NCBI GenBank assembly: GCA_039621445.1
Contig: CP154954.1
Span: forward strand, 31,706,012 to 31,770,011
Reading direction: 5' to 3'
Length of the DNA: 64,000 nt
Source of the DNA: Euglena gracilis
Lineage: Eukaryota
Positions 37,001 to 64,000 of this stretch are shown piece by piece. Numbering within the stretch: the first letter of the stretch is position 1; every line of letters starts with the position of its first letter. A program made the position numbers and the translations under genes. The notes beneath the pieces are model-generated. The model ran no database searches. It saw only the letters and a program-made list of their open reading frames with translations, and was not told the DNA's origin.

Positions 37001-40000
37001 AGCCAGATGGAAGACGCCGTCGTCCCGAAGGAGATGGCGAAGGCGGCTGCAGGCCAAAGGGGTCCAGGGCCAGTGAGGCTCCTGGAGGATGCCCTGGCCT
37101 GGCATGTACGTGGCTGCAATGTCCACTGCCTGTGCTGGCTCCCTGGTGGGATGCCTCGATGTGGCATGTACGCTGCTGCCATGTCCACAGCCTGTGCCGG
37201 CTCCCTGGTGGGATGCCCCGGTGTGGCATGTGCAATTATGATATAATGGTGGACTGGACCTGCAGACTGAACCCCGAACCCCATCAGAGTGTGCCCTCGC
37301 TTTCTGCTGTCGCCCCCCCCGGCGAAGAGTTGGGTGGTAAGGCGGCGTTCGGGTGAAGAACTCGAGCTTTGGGTGGAAGAGGGATCCGAATTAGAATTTG
37401 ATTTCACAGAGAATTGCGAGAATCGTGATTAAAATGCAATTTTTATTTTGGGAAGATTTGCGAGAATCGTGGTTGTGAATGATTTTCGGGGGTGGGTGCG
37501 AGGAGTGTTGGCTCCAGAGGGATGCCCCACCCGACCTTTTTGAAGGTGGAGGGGAGAGTTGGCTCACGAGTTGATGCCCCCCCCCCCTTGGAGAAGGGTG
37601 GAGGGGAGAGATGGCTCACGAGTTGATGCCCCCCCCTGTCCAAGAGAGTGGTGGGGAGAGTTGGCTCACGAGTTGATGCCCCCCCCCCCCTGTGCAAGGG
37701 AGGTGGGGAGAGATGGCTCACGAGTTGATGCCCCACCCCCCCTGAGAAAGAAGTGGGGAGAGTTGGCTCACGAGTTGATGCCCCACCCATGAGACAGAGG
37801 TGAGGGAGAGTGGCTCACGAGTTGATGCCCCCCCCCCCCTGTTTGAGATTCGGTGGCACCCAGTTCGCCAAGTTGGGGTTGGGAGAGTTCGGCTCTTTCG
37901 AGATGCCCCCCCCCCCCCCTGTGAAGGACAAGTCCAATGGCCAAGGGAGTCAAGTATGGAGACTGGGTCTCCTTTTGGGAAGGGGAGTGTGGCATTGGAC
38001 ATGTCCCTACGCATTCTGCAATTAAGCCTGGCGCAAATGTCAGCGCGCGCGCAGGCACACTTTTTTTTGTAAAAAATTCTGGTTGTTTGCTTTGCAGGCA
38101 ATCAGCGTACAACTTTGTCCATGTTTACCTCCAAGTCTGGTGCAAATGGGATTGCATGCAGTGGAAGTTACAAGTTATAAGATTTTATGAAGAAATACAC
38201 TGTGAAGAAAAAGGGAGATTTTTTTGAGAAGCCCAGCCCCAGCAAAAGGGCAAGAGCCCTTTTTACAAGCTGGGGGGAGAAACCTGGCAGTTTCAAGCTG
38301 CATGCTTTGGCACAAGCAGCCTGACACAGAAATTTATGACTCTCATGAGAGTCTGGGAAGGAAAATGGAGAAAGGAAGGAAAGGTAGTTTTCATCTACCT
38401 GGACGAAATTTTGCTGTTAGCCCCCAGCAAAAAGACAGCAGCCCAACATTTGGCAGAAATGAAAACAGACCTTTAACTGGCAGGTTTCAGATTAAACCTC
38501 CCCAAATCCTGTCTGGAACCCACACAGGAGATAAAACATCTGGGCCAGTGGATCAATTTGAAAAATGGAAAACTGGCAATTCCTCAGGAAAAACTCAAAT
38601 CCTTGAGAAGGGAGCTAGGCAAAGTGCTCACAACACAAAAAATGAGCTGCAGAAACCTCAGTTCTATTGTGGGGCAAATCAGAAGCTATTTAGTATCAAT
38701 GCCATTTCTACGAATTCTTACAGACCAACTTTGCAAAATGGTGGAGCTACACACCAAGTGGGGTTGGGACCACACCCTGACCATTCCACAAGGGGTCAAG
38801 GATCAGATTGTGGAAATAAAGGAAATTTTACAGCCAGGTGTGGGCAGGGCATTTCAATCCCATGCTTCACAGGAACTGTTCTCAGACAGCAGCACCTGGC
38901 AGTGGGGGGGGGGGGCTGGACAAAAAGTCAGGTCAAAAAACCAAAATTTCTGGAGGGACCTGCATGTCCCTCACATCAATAAAAAATAATTGATGTCTGC
39001 AGTGGAAACTGTAAAGGCTTTAGCAAAACCAAAACAAACCATTGTTCTTCATGTGGACAACCAGGTGGCAGTAAGTTATTTAACAAAATGAGGAGGCAAA
39101 AAGCCATACCTAAACTCCATCCTAAAACCCCTTCTGTACCATTGCCAAGAAAAGCAAATCAATTTGCAGGTGGTTTGGGTTCCCACCCAGGAGCAATTGG
39201 TAGGCTCCCTGACCAGGGAGCAAAAAGATCCAGGGGATTATACCGTAAACATAAACATTTTTCACCAGATTCTGAAATTTATCAAAACACATCACCCCAA
39301 AGGTGGACATGTTTTGCACACCCAGCAATAAAAAATTCCCCAAGTTCATTTGCCGATACCCCCACCAAGGGGCTTTGTTGGTGGATGCTCTGAAGGCAGA
39401 TTTAAGGGGTCTCCCCCCAGTTTATGCACACCCTCCCTGGAGCATCATCCCTCAGTGGGTTCAGAGATTAATGCTAAACCCAGACCTGGTTTGTCTGTTG
39501 ATCGTACCCCACTGGGCTTCGACATCATGGTGGCGCCAACTAATGACAGTCAGGCAGCCAGGCAGCAAAGTTTTGCTGGTCCCCCCCCAGTGTGGTCTGT
39601 TCACCAACTGCTGGGGGGAGGAGATGCCCCTCCCAAGGTGGAATTTGGCCTGCTTGATTGTGTCAGGCAAATATTACAATCCCGGGAAGTTTCGATGTCC
39701 AGTATCGACACTTACATAAAAAATCTTGGAAAATTCAAAAGATATGACTCAGCCTTCAGGGCATTGGTGGGCCAATTGTTGCACAAAAGGGGTGCCCCTG
39801 CAGGACTGCACAGTCCGCAGTATGGCTGAGGCCATCCTTGATCTTGCTGTTCACAGCATCAACACTGCACAAATGCATATGCAGCAGCTTTGTTACTCCC
39901 AGGGTTTGGGTCATTGAGATTTTCCCCTCTTCTGGCTCCATTGAAAAGAAAGTGGAATTCCAATGTCTGCAAGTATGCCCATTTTTGGGACCCCACTGAC

Positions 40001-41062
40001 TTCCTAGAAAACATCCTCAGGGAGTCAAAACCCCTCTCAGAGCTATCTGTGAAAGAGCTCAGAAGCAGACTCGTCATCTGTTGGAGGCTTCTGGCCCTCC
40101 ACAGGGGGGTGGATCTAGCCAGAACCCAGCGAAAAATCAGTTTCGTGGGAGAAAAAATTTTCATTTTATTGCACAGGAAAGGTTGGCAATTCCCCAGGTG
40201 GGAGGAAGTTTTGAATTTGCCACCCCCCCCCCCCTCATAAGCCCCTGGCATTTATTGAAAGAGCACGTGGAAAGGACAGACTGCATGGTTGAGCACAAAA
40301 AATAATTTGTTATGGTCTTTGGACGGTAAAAGACCTTTGGCATCAGAGAGAGTGAATTCCCTTACCAAATAAATTCTGCAAGAGGGGGGGGGGTGGACAC
40401 CACCCACTGGAAACCCCACAGCACCAGAGGGGCTGGGGTTTTATGGTGGGAAAATGCTGGTTTGAAAGTGGAGGAAGTCTAGCAATTGGGTAGGTGGAAA
40501 ATTTTTGGGGCCTTCCAAGCTCATTTTTTGAGACTCGGTGTCGTATCCAAAATTCAAAAACTTATGGCCCAAAGGGGGGTGCACAATACCTCACCATCTC
40601 GCAGTGCGGAGCCCGAATGATCTCGGACTCCCACGACAGAGGAAGGGGGAGGAAGGGACCAAGAGGGCGAAGCACAAGAAGATGGCGAGCCCAACCCCCC
40701 CACCCAAAAAATCAGTGGAAAAAGAAAAACCTTCCAACCAGAAAGGGGACCCCCGACCAAGCAGCCCCAACCGCCCACCCAGAAACACACCAGGAAGAGA
40801 CAGCCTTCCTCATCGAGGGGGGGGGGGGCACCAAGCGACCGTGTGAGAAGGGGGGGGGGGCGGGGCCACGACGGTTCAGCTTCGCCAAGGTGTCGGAGGA
40901 GACCTCATCATCGCCAACTCCGGCAACAAAGGCGCAGTAAGAAGCACCCCCCGCACACGCCCAGAGCAGAACAGCCGGCAAGGCAAGCAGGACCTCACCA
41001 CCTTCTTGTGCTTCGCCCTCTTGGTCCCTTCCTCCCCCTTCCTCTGTCGTGGGGGTCCGATC
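34035..41062 (+). mobile_element. DIRS1-like retrotransposon, copy 2, with complete ITR/ICR architecture
   Basis: Left ITR from 34035; ICR 40588-40690; right ITR 40913-41000 (reverse complement of left); right extension 41001-41060 complementary to the ICR; same RT, RH, MT and YR motifs. Confidence 0.9.
35858..38267 (+). mobile_element. Small LTR element, copy 2
   Basis: LTRs 35858-36137 and 37988-38267; AGCT TSD; PPT. Confidence 0.92.
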
Positions 41063-42382
41063 TTGGGGTCGAAGGGAAAAGTAAGAATCGGCCAACTCCG
41101 GCGACAAAAGCACCAAGCGAGGTCTCCTAACAAAACGCACCAAAAACAATCCGAGCTACACCGCCGACTAGCAAGGCATGGCTGCGCAAGGTCTGTGTGC
41201 TTCGCCCTCGGTATCCCCTCCTCCCCTGTCGGTTCACCTCGAGGGAGTCCGCAAAAGGCACCAAGCGGGAACCCCTAACCCAGCACACTAAAAAGATCCA
41301 GGCAACACGGCCGGCGAGCAAGGTATGGCCTCATGAGGGAACAATGCGGAGCCGGAGGGGTCATTGCCACCCACCCCCTTTTTTTTTTATGGGGAACAGC
41401 GTGAAAAATGAAAACAAAAAAATTGCCACAAGGTGCGTGACGCAAATTGCCTTTAGGACATGTGGTTATTCGGTTCCTCAATGGATTTGTTCTGCCCAAT
41501 TAACAATGCAAGGATTTGGGCCAAAAAAAGATCGGCCCACTAATTAATTATAGGGGCAAAACCATCCGGGGGGTTTTGTTTATCATTGAGCAGGAAAGGA
41601 GCCACAAGGGTTGCTTTTGTTCTCTCAAGCCTCTTCATGTGAAAGACAAGGTTGGCCAAAGATCCACGCTGCAGATAATTTGCGGATCACTCATTTTGCT
41701 CATCCGACCCACAATGTGGGGGGAGTTGCGGAAAAGTTTGAGTCCAGAACAAACGGCAGCTCTCGGCGACGATGAGAAGGCAATCAGGTTCATGATTTCC
41801 CATTGCACCTGGCGACGTTGGGCAGCAACCACACAATTTCATTTAACTAAGCCGAGGGGTTTGGTGCAAAACCAAACCCCTCGGCTTGGTGCCCCCCCCC
41901 AAATTTTGAAAATGCAAACACATGCTAACATACCCGCACACACGCTTGCACGAACACGCGCACCCCCCCCCCACACACGCACCCCCCCACACACGCACAC
42001 CCCCCCACACACAGGACGCACGCACGCACACACGTACGCACGCACACGCACGCGCGCGCCATATTGGTCCAGGGGAACACACTCACCAATGACCAGTCAA
42101 TGGGACGAGAATCTAATTTCTCCAATAATCTCTAAGAGTTACAATTTCGTGCTGACTCTTTGGGATTGTTTGCGGCATGAATTTGTGGGGATTCTTGCAC
42201 ACTCACGTCCACAGCACACATACAAAAACATACAACGCGCAACGCGCAATCCACATATTCCAAGCTCTGAAAAATGCGGCGTTAAAACATCCAACAATGA
42301 AATTTCCTCATTATAGACGAAGGAATTCACAGCTATGAAATGGACCTGGGAGTCTGCAGAAACGTTATGGCGGGGGGGGGGG

Positions 42383-63230
<20,848 letters not shown>

Positions 63231-64000
63231 CTGGGGGTCCCCGCCACGGCGGGCCGCCCCGCGGCGCCGCACCGCGGCTTCAACGGCCGAAAACGTGGCG
63301 GTTTTCCGGCATTTGCTGCGTTGTTCTTGTTCTATTTTTTTTTTGGTTCGGGCATTGACGGACCGTTTTTGTGATTCACAGCCTTTTTTAATCGCCACCA
63401 GTCGCAGACTACGGCCCTATGGTTTCGGTCACAGCCTGAGCTGGCTCATCTGCGGCAGGAATCCCACTCCCATGTGGAAATGAAAGACCCGCAGCAAGAG
63501 CAGCGTAAGGCGAAGAGCATTCGAGTCTCCTCCGTAGTACAATTGGGCATTCAGGTCTACTCCACATTTTTGTTGAATACATGCACTTATTAAATTCAGG
63601 AAGATAAATATTTGCAAATTTTTGTATGTCTTATCACCATCAAACAGCTCCCGAACCCCCCAAAACTTCTAAATCGTCGTTGCTTTCGAAGTGGGTGGTC
63701 CCCCATGTCGGGACATGTTCGGGCCCTTCTCCTCCTGGCTTCCCATCTCATCGACCTCAAAAACGAAGGGCTTCTTCCCATACATCCCTTGATGCAGGGC
63801 GGTGGGGTGCAGGGTTGTTGGTGGGTGGCCAGTTTTCTGAAGGAGCGGGCTGATGGGTCGCTTTCAACAGCCGGCCAACGGGACGCCTGCCGGATTGGCC
63901 CGGCCCCCGAACTGTGCGGAGGTCAAAAGCAAAAAAAATCGATTCTTTTTTTTTGGCCCAAAATCATGTTTTTTTTTTCGCCTCCCGGACCTGGAAACAC

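Overview
Eukaryotic, repeat-rich DNA, most likely from a euglenid (inferred from a mix of GT-AG and non-conventional stem-paired introns). About 4.9-43.6 kb is a nest of decayed retroelements. (1) A minus-strand Ty3/Gypsy LTR element (9409-21104) has a tRNA-Gln-type PBS, a PPT, gag with a CCHC knuckle, protease, RT, RNase H, integrase and chromodomain, and carries a C5 cytosine DNA methyltransferase domain between gag and protease. Its 3' half is tandemly duplicated (4.46 kb) and pol is interrupted by a 1.3-kb hairpin/repeat element. (2) A plus-strand DIRS1-type tyrosine-recombinase retrotransposon has RT, RNase H, a Dam-like MTase, YR and ITR/ICR ends. (3) A 2.4-kb non-autonomous LTR element sits inside the DIRS RT, with an AGCT TSD and an apparent Tf1-like self-priming site. 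A 12.4/13.5-kb near-identical tandem duplication (17720-30113 / 30115-43575) copies gag, the 5' LTR, the DIRS, the small LTR element and the last exon of a host gene. From 42.4 kb to the right edge lies the 3' part of a minus-strand, many-exon host gene for a NO VEIN-like protein with a C-terminal DUF3883/NOV_C domain; its introns hold MITEs and microsatellites. Almost all TE ORFs are frameshifted. Domain calls come from motif recognition by eye, not database searches.
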